Part shown: one piece after another, positions 1-9,670 of the stretch | How the letters are laid out: every line of letters begins with the position of its first letter | Numbering within the stretch: the stretch's first letter is position 1 | Assembly: GCA_052387235.1 (NCBI GenBank) | Contig: JBQTJJ010000033.1 | Span: 4,052 to 68,051 of the forward strand | Length of the DNA stretch: 64,000 nucleotides | Source: Actinomycetota bacterium | GTDB taxonomy: Bacteria; Actinomycetota; Acidimicrobiia; Acidimicrobiales; GCA-2861595 | Direction of reading: 5' to 3' | The notes under the pieces: generated by a model | What the model saw: only the letters and a program-made list of their open reading frames with translations | What the model was told of the DNA's origin: nothing | Database searches by the model: none | Translations under genes and position numbers: made by a program

Positions 1-1
1 C

Positions 2-121
2 AAGACCCTCGACGTCCACGTCAAGCGGCTCCGGGCCAAGCTGGAGCTCGACCCTTCCCAGCCCCGGCGCATCGTCACCATCCGCGGGCTGGGCTACCGC
101 TACGAGCGGCCCGGCCCGTGA
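2..121 (+). CDS. OmpR/PhoB-family response regulator, C-terminal winged-helix fragment (5' end outside window)
   Basis: The frame reads [39 protein letters not shown], a typical end of an OmpR-type wHTH domain. The TGA at 119-121 overlaps the phoU GTG (GTGA). Identity as the Pho regulator is inferred only from the phoU/pst context. Confidence 0.8.
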   Translation, partial: KTLDVHVKRLRAKLELDPSQPRRIVTIRGLGYRYERPGP

Positions 122-861
122 GGGACGCCCACGGGGTCCTCCAACCGTCTGCGACACTTGACGACGTGGTCGAGACCCGGAAGCGCTACCACGAGCAGCT
201 GGCCCGGATGAAGTCCGACACCGTGCGCCTGGCGGCCATGGCCACCGAGCAGATCGCGGCCGGCACCAGGGCCCTGCTCGACGGGGAGCTGTCGGCGGCG
301 GAGCGTGTCGTGGCCGCCGACCGCGACATGGACGACCTCACCCACGAGATCGAGGCCAGCGCCCATCTGGTGCTGGCCCGCCAGAGCCCCCTGGCCAGCG
401 AGCTGCGGGCCGTCATCACCATCCTGCGGGTGATCCACGAGGTGGAGCGCTGCGGCGACCTGATGGTGAACGTGGCCAAGGCCACCCGGCGCCTGTACCC
501 CCGCGGCCTCGATCCCAGGATCCGCGGCCTCATCGACCGCATGGGGACCCAGGCGGTGGACCAGCTGCGCCTCGCCATCACCGCCTTCGAGGCCGAGGAC
601 GTGGAGCAGGCCGCCGCCCTGGTCGACATGGACGACGTGATGGACGACCTGCAGAAGACGTTGTTCCGGGCCATCTTCAGCGCCGGCGCCGCCGACGAGG
701 AGTCGGTGCAGCGGGCGGTGCAGGTGGCCCTGGTGGGGCGGTACTACGAGCGGATCGCCGATCACGCCGTCAACGTGAGCGAGCGGGTCCGCTTCATGGT
801 CACCGGGGCGTGGCCCGGGGACCATGACGAGCCGGAGGAACCGGTGGCGCCGGATCGGTGA
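118..861 (+). CDS. phoU: Phosphate signalling/transport regulator PhoU
   Basis: 247 aa with two PhoU repeats ([12 protein letters not shown]... and [16 protein letters not shown]). GTG start overlaps the upstream regulator's stop. Confidence 0.9.
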   Translation: MRDAHGVLQPSATLDDVVETRKRYHEQLARMKSDTVRLAAMATEQIAAGTRALLDGELSAAERVVAADRDMDDLTHEIEASAHLVLARQSPLASELRAVITILRVIHEVERCGDLMVNVAKATRRLYPRGLDPRIRGLIDRMGTQAVDQLRLAITAFEAEDVEQAAALVDMDDVMDDLQKTLFRAIFSAGAADEESVQRAVQVALVGRYYERIADHAVNVSERVRFMVTGAWPGDHDEPEEPVAPDR

Positions 862-875
862 GCCGGCGGCGCGCC

Positions 876-1772
876 CTACCCGAACCGCCCGGTGATGTAG
901 TCCTCGGTGCGGCGGTCGGCCGGCGCCGTGAAGATCCGCTCGGTGCGGTCGAACTCCACCAGCACACCGGTTCGCTCGGCCCCGTCGGCGCTGACCTCGG
1001 CCGTGAAGAAGGCGGTGCGGTCCGAGACGCGGGCCGCCTGCTGCATGTTGTGGGTGACGATCACGATGGTGTAGTCCCGCTTCAGCTCGATCATGAGCTC
1101 CTCGATCCGGTTGGTGGCGAGGGGGTCGAGGGCGGAGCACGGCTCGTCCATGAGGATGACGTCGGGGCGCACCGCGATGCACCGGGCGATGCAGAGGCGC
1201 TGCTGCTGGCCTCCCGACAGCGAGAACGCGCTCTTGCGGAGCTTGTCCTTGACCTCGTCCCAGAGGGCCGCCTTGCGGAGCGACTCCTCCACCAGGTCGT
1301 CCATGCTCGGCGGCTTGTGGTTGTTGACCTTCGGTCCGAAGGCGACGTTGTCGTAGATCGACTTCGGGAACGGGTTCGGCTTCTGGAACACCATGCCGAT
1401 GCGGCGGCGGACCTCGATGGGGTCGACGTCGTCGCCGTACAGATCCTGCCCGTGGTAGCGGATGCGGCCCTCCACCCTGGTGCCGGGGATCAGCTCGTTC
1501 ATGCGGTTCAGGCAGCGGATGAAGGTGCTCTTGCCGCAACCCGACGGCCCGATGATGGCGGTGATCCGGTTCCCCGCGATGTCCATCCTGATGTCGCGGA
1601 TGGCCAGGAACGGCCCGTAGAAGAACCGGAGGTCCTCGACCGTGAAGACCGGGTCGCCGGTGTGCTCCGGCGTGCCGGGCTCGGCTGCCGGGACCTCGGG
1701 CCGGCGGGTGGGGCCGGGCGGGTCCGCCTGGTCACTCAGCGGCTGGTTCAACGTTGCGGGTGTGTCGGGCAC
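876..1772 (-). CDS. pstB: Phosphate ABC transporter ATP-binding protein PstB
   Basis: Walker [10 protein letters not shown], signature [13 protein letters not shown], Walker B ILMDEP and a PstB-type N-terminus ([11 protein letters not shown]). Confidence 0.95.
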   Translation of the reverse strand: MPDTPATLNQPLSDQADPPGPTRRPEVPAAEPGTPEHTGDPVFTVEDLRFFYGPFLAIRDIRMDIAGNRITAIIGPSGCGKSTFIRCLNRMNELIPGTRVEGRIRYHGQDLYGDDVDPIEVRRRIGMVFQKPNPFPKSIYDNVAFGPKVNNHKPPSMDDLVEESLRKAALWDEVKDKLRKSAFSLSGGQQQRLCIARCIAVRPDVILMDEPCSALDPLATNRIEELMIELKRDYTIVIVTHNMQQAARVSDRTAFFTAEVSADGAERTGVLVEFDRTERIFTAPADRRTEDYITGRFG

Positions 1773-1776
1773 AGGG

Positions 1777-2685
1777 TCACCACCGGGTCGTGAATCGGTT
1801 CCTGAGGAAGATGGCGACGGCGTTCATCGCCAGCAGCATGGCCAGCAGGACGATGCCGGCGGCGGCCGCCGCCTCGGCGAAGGCGGCCTGGGGCCGGCCG
1901 GTCCAGTTGAAGATCAGGATGGGCAGCGCCGAGAAGGGGTCCCGGACGTCGTCGGGCGTGTTGAAGATGGCCACCGCCGCCCCGATCACCAGGAGCGGTG
2001 CCGTCTCCCCGATGGCCCGTGACAACGACAGGATCACCCCGGTCATGGTGCCGGGCATGGCGGCCGGGAGCACGTGGTGGCGCACTGCCTGCCACCTTGT
2101 CGCGCCCAGGGCGTAGGCCGCCAGCCGGATGGACTCGGGGACGGCACGCAGCGACTCCCGGGCCGCGATGATGATGAGGGGAAGGCTCATGACCGCAAGG
2201 GTGAGCCCCCCGGCCAGCAGGCTCGGGCCCATCTCGAAGAAGCGCACGAACACGCCGAGCCCGAGGATGCCGTAGACCACCGACGGTACGCCGGCCAGGT
2301 TGGCGATGTTGGCCTCGATCAGGTTGGTGAGGCGGTTGCGCGGCGCGAACTCCTCCAGGTACACCGCGGCGCCGACGCCGACGGGGAAGCTGAAGGCGGC
2401 GGTGAGGCCCATCAGCCAGAGCGTGCCGTGGATGGCGGCCTTGATGCCGGCCCGGGCCGGGAACCGGGAGACGAAGTTCCCGAGGAACGCTCCGGGATCG
2501 GCGATGAGCCGGTCCCATCCCCGGTCGTAGAGGTTGAACAGGAGCAGGCCCAGGGCGACGACGCCGAGGAAGGTGCCCAGGAAGAGGGCCGAGGCGAACG
2601 CGCCGTCGAGGGCCAGCGCCATGGTCCGGCGGCTGGTGCCGCGGCCCAGGCGGGGGACGGGACGAGGGACGGCTGTCGTGGTCAC
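1777..2685 (-). CDS. pstA: Phosphate ABC transporter permease PstA
   Basis: The C-terminal 300 aa of track ORF 1777..3531 is a PstA-type permease (EAA-loop-like [10 protein letters not shown]...). The longer ORF is a shadow extension through pstC. Start is set at the GTG overlapping the pstC stop (GTGA at 2682-2685); an alternative ATG lies at 2622. Confidence 0.88.
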   Translation of the reverse strand: MTTTAVPRPVPRLGRGTSRRTMALALDGAFASALFLGTFLGVVALGLLLFNLYDRGWDRLIADPGAFLGNFVSRFPARAGIKAAIHGTLWLMGLTAAFSFPVGVGAAVYLEEFAPRNRLTNLIEANIANLAGVPSVVYGILGLGVFVRFFEMGPSLLAGGLTLAVMSLPLIIIAARESLRAVPESIRLAAYALGATRWQAVRHHVLPAAMPGTMTGVILSLSRAIGETAPLLVIGAAVAIFNTPDDVRDPFSALPILIFNWTGRPQAAFAEAAAAAGIVLLAMLLAMNAVAIFLRNRFTTRW

Positions 2686-3620
2686 TGGTAGGTCTGGCGG
2701 AAGCGGCGGACGAGGCGGATGCTCAGCAGGTTCATGGCCAGGGTGATGACGAACAGTGTCGCCCCCACCGCGAACAGCGACTGGTAGCGGGTGGTCCCGG
2801 ACGCCGCCTCGCCGCTGACGGTCTGGGCGATGAAGGCGGTGAGCGTCTGGATCGACTCGAAGAAGCTGGTCGTGATCCGGGGGGTGTTGCCGGCCGCGAT
2901 GGTGACGGCCATCGTCTCGCCCACTGCCCGCGAGACGCCGAGGATGACCGAGGCCGCGATGCCGGACAGGGCGGCGGGCACCACCACCCGGAGGGCCACG
3001 ACCCGCTTGGTGGCCCCCATGCCGAAGGCGGCCTCCCGGAGCGAGTTCGGGACGGCGCGCATGGCGTCCTCGCTGATCGAGGCGATGACCGGGAGGATCA
3101 TGAGGCCGACGGCGACGGCCCCGGCGGCGGCGTTGAAGATGAACACCCGGTCCTCGCCGAACACCGGACGCAGCAGGGTGGGCGTGACGAAGTTCAGGGC
3201 GAAGAACCCGACCACCACCGTCGGTATCCCGGCCAGCACCTCGAGCACGGGCTTCACCACCGCCCGTACCCGGGGGTGGGCGTACTCCGACAGGTAGATC
3301 GCGGTGGCCAGGCCCAGCGGCAGCCCCACCACCAGCGACCCCAACGCGATCATGAGCGACCCGTTGAGCAGCGGGAGGACGCCGTACTCGCCCCCGTCGG
3401 CGCCGCCCGTGGGCGCCCAACGGGTTCCAGTGAGGAAGTCGACGATGGACTCCTTGGCGAAGAACCGCAGGGCCTCCTCCGCCAGCACGGCCACGATGCC
3501 CACCGTGACCAGGACCGACAGGGCGGCGCACACGAACAGGAGGCCGACGACGATGCGCTCCCCGGGACGGGAACGTCGGCGCTCGATGCCGAGCTCGGGG
3601 GATGGGGCGGAGATCGCCAT
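2682..3620 (-). CDS. pstC: Phosphate ABC transporter permease PstC
   Basis: 312-aa polytopic permease with a PstC-like motif ([20 protein letters not shown]), located between pstS and pstA. Confidence 0.9.
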   Translation of the reverse strand: MAISAPSPELGIERRRSRPGERIVVGLLFVCAALSVLVTVGIVAVLAEEALRFFAKESIVDFLTGTRWAPTGGADGGEYGVLPLLNGSLMIALGSLVVGLPLGLATAIYLSEYAHPRVRAVVKPVLEVLAGIPTVVVGFFALNFVTPTLLRPVFGEDRVFIFNAAAGAVAVGLMILPVIASISEDAMRAVPNSLREAAFGMGATKRVVALRVVVPAALSGIAASVILGVSRAVGETMAVTIAAGNTPRITTSFFESIQTLTAFIAQTVSGEAASGTTRYQSLFAVGATLFVITLAMNLLSIRLVRRFRQTYQ

Positions 3621-3677
3621 GAGCGGGACCAGCCGATGCTAGCTACTGGGCCGGTCCGTGCGCCGGTGCCGGCCGGC

Positions 3678-4655
3678 TCAGGCGCCGGCCTCCAGCTTGG
3701 CCAGACCCTCCTCGTAGTCCTCGGAGGGCGCCGGCGTGTAGCCGACGTCCTTGATGATGTCGGGGGTCGTCTCGAGGTAGAACTTCACGAACTCCTTCAC
3801 CTCGGGCCGCTCCAGGGACGAGTTCTTGACGTAGATGAACAGCGGCCGGCTGAGCGGGTAGTCGCCGGACTCCACCGTCTCGTCGCTCGGTGCCACGCAG
3901 GTGCCGTCCTCGCCCGACACCTTGATGTCCTTCAGGACGTCCTCGTTCTCGGTGAAGTAGGCGAAACCGAAGTAGCCCCAGGAGTTCTTCTCGCCCTTGA
4001 TCCCCTGCACGAGGGTGTTGTCGTCTTCGGAGGCGGTGTAGTCGGTCCGCGGCTTGAGGCTCTCGGGCTTCTTCGGATCGCCCAGGACCTCCTCCACGAA
4101 GAAGTCGTACGTGCCCGAGTCGGTGCCGGGGGCGAAGATGGCGATCTTCTCCGCCGGGAACTTGGGGTCGACCTGGTTCCACGTCGTGGCGCCGCCCTCT
4201 TTGAAGATGGAGCCCATCTGCTCCACGCTCAGGCACTCGAGGAAGGTGTTCTCGGCCGAGGTCACCACGGCCAGGCCGTCGAGGCCGACGCGAAGCTCCG
4301 AGAACTCGATCCCCTTGGCCGCGCAGGCCTGGGCCTCCTCGTCCTTGATGGGCCGGGAGGCGTTGGAGATGTCGGTCTCGCCGGCGCAGAACTTCTGGAA
4401 CCCGCCTCCGGTGCCGGACGTGCCCACCGGGACCTGCACGCCTGCCTGCACCAGTTGGAACTCCTCGGCGATGGCCTCGGTGATGGGGGCCACGGTCGAC
4501 GACCCGTCGATCACCACCGATCCCGAGAGGCTGCCCCCTCCCCCCCCGGTCCCGGCCGTGCCGGCGTCGTCGTCGCCGCCGCAGGCGCCGAACACCAGCG
4601 CCAGCGCCAGCGACGCCCCCGCCAGGCGCGCCCGCCGTCCACCGAATCCCGTCAT
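3678..4655 (-). CDS. pstS: Phosphate-binding lipoprotein PstS
   Basis: PBP-like domain (GSSTVAPITEAIAEEF, GTSGTGGGFQKF). Lipobox LVFGAC follows a basic N-terminus. Start is set at the internal ATG at 4655, preceded by GGGGGAGG; the track ORF extends to 4709. Confidence 0.9.
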   Translation of the reverse strand: MTGFGGRRARLAGASLALALVFGACGGDDDAGTAGTGGGGGSLSGSVVIDGSSTVAPITEAIAEEFQLVQAGVQVPVGTSGTGGGFQKFCAGETDISNASRPIKDEEAQACAAKGIEFSELRVGLDGLAVVTSAENTFLECLSVEQMGSIFKEGGATTWNQVDPKFPAEKIAIFAPGTDSGTYDFFVEEVLGDPKKPESLKPRTDYTASEDDNTLVQGIKGEKNSWGYFGFAYFTENEDVLKDIKVSGEDGTCVAPSDETVESGDYPLSRPLFIYVKNSSLERPEVKEFVKFYLETTPDIIKDVGYTPAPSEDYEEGLAKLEAGA

Positions 4656-4768
4656 CCGGACCTCCCCCTGTCTCCGACCGCACCCGGCCGGTGGCCTTTC
4701 TGGACGCACCCTGCGCCCCCGCCTACCCGGCGACCACGCTACGAGGGGCTCCTGGCGGCGAGGCCACC

Positions 4769-4801
4769 GGGAGATGGACGGCAGGTGAACGAGGCCAGAA
4801 C
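4769..4801 (-). promoter_or_regulatory. PHO-box-like operator: three contiguous 11-nt direct repeats upstream of pstS (also upstream of divergent ppx)
   Basis: The minus strand reads GTTCTGGCCTC GTTCACCTGCC GTCCATCTCCC, 114-146 nt upstream of the pstS ATG. This matches the GTTCACC-type 11-nt direct-repeat units known for actinobacterial PhoP. The same three-unit layout recurs upstream of ppk1. Confidence 0.6.
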
Positions 4802-4857
4802 ATCCGGCGTCGCCCCTTCCGAGCAGGTAGTTGACTCGCAGGCCCTAGCGTGCCGCT

Positions 4858-6417
4858 GTGCGGATTGCCGCCCTTGACCTCGGCAGCAACTCGTTCCACC
4901 TCCTCGTGGCCGACACCAAGCCGGACGGCACGTTCACGCCGGTGCTGCGGGAGAAGGAGATGCTGCGCCTCGGCGACGTGGTGGCCCGCACCGGCCGGCT
5001 CACCGACGAGGCGTGCGAGCGGGCGCTGGAGTCGGTGGGCCGGTTCCGGGCCCTGGCCGAGGCGGCCGGCGTCGACCAGATGGTCGCCTGCGCCACGGCC
5101 GCCATCCGGGAGGCCGAGAACGGGGCCGAGCTGGTGTCCCGCTTCTTCACCGAGGCGGGCGTGGCCGTCCGGGTCATCAGCGGGCGGGAGGAGGCGGCCC
5201 TCATCTTCCGGGCCGTGCAGGCCAGCGTCCTCATCGACCCGGGGCCGGCGCTGTGCCTCGACCTCGGCGGCGGCAGCCTCGAGATCGTGGTGGGCGACGC
5301 CCGGGCCCAGGCCTGGGCCACCAGCGTCAAGCTGGGCGTGGGACGCCTGACGGCCGAGCTGGTGCAGAACGACCCCCCGAAGCAGGGCGACCTGCGCCGG
5401 CTCCGGGACCGCATCGTGCCCGTGCTGGGCCAGGTGGCGGTGGAGGTGGCCCCGTTCAGGCCCCGGCTGCTGGTGGGGACCAGTGGCACCTTCTGCGACC
5501 TGGCCCGGATGGCGGCGGTGCAGGAGACGGGCACCGTCCCCATCTCCGTCAACCAGCTCCACGTGGCCGCCGCGGCCCTGGCGGCGGTCCACGAGAAGCT
5601 CGTCTCGATGACCGCGTCGCAACGCCGGAAGCTGCAGGGCCTCGATGCCCGCCGGGCCGAGCTGGCGCCGGCCGGGTCGCTGCTGGCCCTCGTGGCCCTC
5701 GAGCTGTTCGGGTTCGAGGAGCTGGTGGTGGGCGACTGGGCCCTCCGGGAGGGCATGGTGCTCGATGCCATCGGGCACCAGGAGCCGGACCAGGGCGACC
5801 CCCGGGTCATCCGGACGGCGTCGGTGCTCGACCTGTGCGCGCGCTGCGGCTGGCAGGAGGAGCACTCCCGCCAGGTCGCCCGCCTGGCCACGAGGTTGTT
5901 CGATCTCACGGCCGGCCTGCACGAGCTGACCGACAGGCACCGGGAGCTGCTGGAGCACGCCGCCCTGCTGCACGACATCGGCGAGCACGTGTCCAGCGAG
6001 GGCCACGACAAGCACACCGCCTATCTCATCCGGCACGGCCGGCTGCGGGGCTTCTCCCCCCAGGAGGTCCACGTCCTGGCCACGCTGGGCCGCTACCACC
6101 GCCAGGGCGAGCCCAAGGCCTCGTTCGAGTCCTTCGCCGCCGTGGACGAGGACGAGCGCCCGGCCGTCCGGACCCTCACCGCCCTCCTGCAGGTGGCCGA
6201 CGGGCTCGACCGGGCCCACGCCGGCGCGGTGGAGGACCTCGACGTCGAGATCGACGACGAGCGGGTGGGGATCCTGGTCCGGGCGTCCACCGACGCCGAC
6301 CTCGAGCTGTGGGGCGCCCGCCGCAAGCGGGCCCTGTTCGAGCAGGTCACCGGGCGCCGGCTGGACCTGGCGGCGACCCAGCCCGCCGGCGACGCCGAAC
6401 GCCCGCGCAAAGCCTGA
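4858..6417 (+). CDS. ppx: Ppx/GppA-family exopolyphosphatase / pppGpp phosphohydrolase with C-terminal HD domain
   Basis: N-terminus IAALDLGSNSFHLLVAD (ASKHA fold), and an HD-domain motif ALLHDIGEHVS later. 519 aa, GTG start. Confidence 0.9.
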   Translation: MRIAALDLGSNSFHLLVADTKPDGTFTPVLREKEMLRLGDVVARTGRLTDEACERALESVGRFRALAEAAGVDQMVACATAAIREAENGAELVSRFFTEAGVAVRVISGREEAALIFRAVQASVLIDPGPALCLDLGGGSLEIVVGDARAQAWATSVKLGVGRLTAELVQNDPPKQGDLRRLRDRIVPVLGQVAVEVAPFRPRLLVGTSGTFCDLARMAAVQETGTVPISVNQLHVAAAALAAVHEKLVSMTASQRRKLQGLDARRAELAPAGSLLALVALELFGFEELVVGDWALREGMVLDAIGHQEPDQGDPRVIRTASVLDLCARCGWQEEHSRQVARLATRLFDLTAGLHELTDRHRELLEHAALLHDIGEHVSSEGHDKHTAYLIRHGRLRGFSPQEVHVLATLGRYHRQGEPKASFESFAAVDEDERPAVRTLTALLQVADGLDRAHAGAVEDLDVEIDDERVGILVRASTDADLELWGARRKRALFEQVTGRRLDLAATQPAGDAERPRKA

Positions 6418-6506
6418 CCGCCCGCCCGGCGCCGGCACCGCGGGGCCCGGCCTCGAAGGCGTGATCCGGATGGTCCGGGGCGGCGCCGTCGCGTACCTTC
6501 GCCCAA

Positions 6507-7367
6507 ATGGACTCCGGCGGTGGTGAGGGCGCCAGCGCGGCGGCCCGCGCCGTGGCCGCCGCCTGCCGCGTGCTGGACGCCGAGGAGTGCCTCCCGACCC
6601 TGGCCGAGCTGGGCCGGCGGGTCGGCATGAGCCCGTCGCACCTGCAGCGCAGCTTCAAGCGCCTGCTCGGCATGACGCCCCGCCAGTACGGGGCCGAGGT
6701 GCTCCTGGAGCGGGCCCGGCGGATCCTGCGGACCGGCGCACCCGTCACCGACGCCCTGTTCGAGGCCGGCTACGGCTCCTCCCGGGCGTTCTACGAGGGC
6801 GCCCGGGCCGGGCTCGGCATGACGCCGTCGGCCTACCGCCGCCGCGGCCTGGAGCAGCGCATCACCTACACGGTGGTGGCCTCGGGGCTCGGCGACGTCC
6901 TGGTCGCCACCACGCCCGAGGGGGTGTGCCTCGTGCGCTTCCTCGACGCCCGGGCCCGCGACGTCCTGGCGGCCGAGTTCCCCGCCGCCGCCATCGAGCG
7001 GGACGACGGCGCGCTGGCCGAGGTGGCGGCCCGGGTGGTGGCGGCCGTCGCCGGCGACGACGGGCCCGGCGCCGAGCTCCCCCTCGACGTGCGGGCCACC
7101 GCCTTCCAGCTGCGGGTGTGGCAGGCGCTGCGGGCCATCCCCCGGGGGCAGACCCGCTCCTACGCCGAGGTGGCCGCGACCATCGGGCGACCGACGGCCG
7201 TGCGGGCCGTGGCCGGCGCCTGCGCCGCCAACCCGGTGGCCCTGCTCGTCCCCTGCCACCGGGTGGTGGCGTCGGACGGCAGCCTGGCCGGCTACCGCTG
7301 GGGCACCGGCCGCAAGCGGGCCCTGCTCGAGGCCGAGGGTTGGGCCGGCCCGGGGAGCGCCCCGTAG
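6507..7367 (+). CDS. AraC-type HTH fused to O6-alkylguanine-DNA methyltransferase (Ada/Ogt-like)
   Basis: The AraC HTH (MSPSHLQRSFKRLLGMTPRQY) is followed by an MGMT domain with the PCHRVV active site. The N-terminal Zn-Cys Ada domain is absent. Confidence 0.85.
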   Translation: MDSGGGEGASAAARAVAAACRVLDAEECLPTLAELGRRVGMSPSHLQRSFKRLLGMTPRQYGAEVLLERARRILRTGAPVTDALFEAGYGSSRAFYEGARAGLGMTPSAYRRRGLEQRITYTVVASGLGDVLVATTPEGVCLVRFLDARARDVLAAEFPAAAIERDDGALAEVAARVVAAVAGDDGPGAELPLDVRATAFQLRVWQALRAIPRGQTRSYAEVAATIGRPTAVRAVAGACAANPVALLVPCHRVVASDGSLAGYRWGTGRKRALLEAEGWAGPGSAP

Positions 7368-7507
7368 GGCCGGGTCCCCGAAGGGTTCGGGTGTCCACCA
7401 CGACCACCGGCCGGGCTGGCATGGTTGTCGACGGATGATGCTCGTTCCCACTCGGGGCCGACGCTGCGGCCCCGGCCGCGCCGGCCCCCGCCCCTGAGGA
7501 GCGCCCA

Positions 7508-8890
7508 GTGATGGCCTCGTCGACCGACCGCCCGCCCGCCCCGCCGAGCGCGCCCGCCAAGACGGTGGTGCTCGACACCTCGGTGCTGGTGGCCGACCCC
7601 GACGCCCTCCAGCAGTTCGCGGGCTGCGCCCTGAAGGTGCCGCTCACCGTGATCGAGGAGCTGGACGGGCTCAAGGCCCGTCCCGACGGCGTGGGCCGCT
7701 CGGCCCGTGAGGCACTGCGGGGCATCGAGGCCCTGCGGGTGGGTGCCGGCGGGTCGCTGGCCGACCCGGTCACCCTGGGCCACGGCGGGACGCTCGCCAT
7801 CATGGTCAACGGGGTGAACCAGGCCCTGCTGGGGGAGCACTACCTGGACCCCGCCAGTCCCGACAACCGCATCATCGGCGCCGCCCTCGGCCTGGTGCTC
7901 GACGGGATGGAGGTGGAGGTGGTGTCCAACGACGCCGCCCTGCGCATCAAGGCGGCCCACGTGGGCCTGGCCGCCAAGGAGTACGTGCCCATCTCCGCCT
8001 ACGGCCGCGAGCTCGGCTCAGCCGGCTGGCACACCCTGGCCGGCCTCGATGCTGCCCTGATCGACGGCCTGTTCGCCGACCGCGCCGTGGCCGCCGCCGG
8101 CGTGCCCGGGGCCGGGATCGTGCACGAGAACGAGTTCGCCGTGCTCCGCGCCGGCCAGCAGTCGGCCCTCACCAGGCGTAAGGGCGACCAGCTGTGCCTG
8201 CTCCGCCAGGGCCAGGAGGCGTTCGACCTCAAGCCCCGCAACGTGGAGCAGCGCCTGGCCCTCGACCTGCTGCTCGACCCGGACGTGTCGGTGGTGGCCC
8301 TGGACGGCCCGGCCGGCACCGGCAAGACGCTGCTGGCCATCGCGGCCGGGCTGGAGCAGGTCTGGAACCACCCGAGCTCGCGCCGCTACGAGCGCCTCGC
8401 CATCTACCGGCCGGTGGTGGCGGTGGGCCGCCAGGACCTCGGCTACCTGCCCGGCACCCTGGACGAGAAGCTCGATCCGTGGATGGGCGCCATCCACGAC
8501 GCGGTGGTGGCCATGAGCGACGGCCGGCGCAAGAGCGCGGCCGACGAGACCATCGCCCAGATCACGGCCGAGGGCCGGCTGACCATGGAGTCGGTCACCT
8601 ACCTGCGGGGCCGGTCGCTGCACGGCACCTGGGTGCTGCTGGACGAGGCCCAGAACCTCGAGCCCAGCCTGGCCAAGACCGTCCTCACCCGGGCCGCCGA
8701 GGGGACCAAGGTGGTCTTCACGGGCGACACCAGCCAGATCGACGCCCCGTTCCTCTCGGCCGAGACCAACGCCATGTCCGTGCTCACCGCCGCCCTGGGC
8801 GGGGGCCGGGGGGGCGGCCTGTTCGGCCACATCCGCCTCACCCAGGGCGAGCGAAGCCCGGTGGCCACCATGGCGGCCGCGCTGCTGTAG
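7508..8890 (+). CDS. phoH2: PhoH2: PIN-domain RNase fused to PhoH-like ATPase
   Basis: N-terminal PIN domain (VVLDTSVLVADPDAL...). The PhoH domain has Walker A GPAGTGKT and Walker B VLLDEAQN. Confidence 0.85.
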   Translation: MMASSTDRPPAPPSAPAKTVVLDTSVLVADPDALQQFAGCALKVPLTVIEELDGLKARPDGVGRSAREALRGIEALRVGAGGSLADPVTLGHGGTLAIMVNGVNQALLGEHYLDPASPDNRIIGAALGLVLDGMEVEVVSNDAALRIKAAHVGLAAKEYVPISAYGRELGSAGWHTLAGLDAALIDGLFADRAVAAAGVPGAGIVHENEFAVLRAGQQSALTRRKGDQLCLLRQGQEAFDLKPRNVEQRLALDLLLDPDVSVVALDGPAGTGKTLLAIAAGLEQVWNHPSSRRYERLAIYRPVVAVGRQDLGYLPGTLDEKLDPWMGAIHDAVVAMSDGRRKSAADETIAQITAEGRLTMESVTYLRGRSLHGTWVLLDEAQNLEPSLAKTVLTRAAEGTKVVFTGDTSQIDAPFLSAETNAMSVLTAALGGGRGGGLFGHIRLTQGERSPVATMAAALL

Positions 8891-8920
8891 CGAGCGGCTC
8901 GGGGCAGCCGCGCCGCGCGC

Positions 8921-9670
8921 TCAGCCCGCGGGCCAGAGGCGGCCCGCCACCTCGGACCACAGGTCGTGGAAGGCCCGGGCGGCGGCGGTGGTGGGGGCGA
9001 AGTGGCCGATGGGCGCCCGCTCCACGCCCATGCGCTCGACGGCGCTGGCGTTCGGGATGGCGGTGGCGAGGAAGGCCGGCCACCGCCCGGCCAGCGCCTC
9101 CAGCAGCTCGCGGTGCAGCCGCTTCCGCCTGTCCACCATGGTGAAGTGGGGGAGCAGGCCGGGGGCGTCGGCGCCCTCGTCGAGGAACCGGGCCAGCTGG
9201 TCGAGGGTGCGGGCCGACAGGGTCGTGGGGATGACCGGCACCAGCAGGTGGCGGGCCGCCCCGAACACGCTCTCGCTGGCGAGGGAGATGCTGGGCGGGC
9301 AGTCGAGGAAGGCGACGTCGTAGCCGCCGGCGAGGGGGTCGAGCAGGCCGGCCAGCCGCTCGGTGGGGCGTTTGGTGGCGTCGAGGTGCAGATCGAGATG
9401 GCGGAGGGAGAAGTCGGCGGGGACGAGGTGGAGCCCGGGCACGTCGGTGGCCCGCACGTGGGCCGCCAGCTCGCCGTGGGAGCCCACCAGCCGCTCGGTG
9501 CCGCCCTTGACCTTGGCCTTTACCCGGAAGTAGTAGCTGGCCGCGCCCTGCGGGTCGAGGTCCCACACCAGGACGCGCGCCCCCGAGCGGGCCGCCTCGA
9601 ACGCCAGGTTCACGGCCGACGTGGTCTTCCCCACGCCACCCTTGATGCTGTAGGTGGCGAGCACCTTCAT
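8921..9670 (-). CDS. Orphan ParA/MinD-family ATPase (deviant Walker A), no HTH and no parB partner
   Basis: The 249-aa tail of track ORF 8921..11515 reads MKVLATYSIKGGVGKTTSAVNLA...VWDLDPQG. The ATG at 9668-9670 overlaps the TGA of the upstream CHAD gene (ATGA). Confidence 0.85.
   Translation of the reverse strand: MKVLATYSIKGGVGKTTSAVNLAFEAARSGARVLVWDLDPQGAASYYFRVKAKVKGGTERLVGSHGELAAHVRATDVPGLHLVPADFSLRHLDLHLDATKRPTERLAGLLDPLAGGYDVAFLDCPPSISLASESVFGAARHLLVPVIPTTLSARTLDQLARFLDEGADAPGLLPHFTMVDRRKRLHRELLEALAGRWPAFLATAIPNASAVERMGVERAPIGHFAPTTAAARAFHDLWSEVAGRLWPAG

Noticed and set aside
7385-7406. A PHO-box-like sequence upstream of phoH2 (GTTCGGGTGTCCACCACGACC).
   Set aside because: Only the first unit fits. 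The second unit is out of 11-nt register and lacks GTTC, and there is no -CCATCTC- unit.
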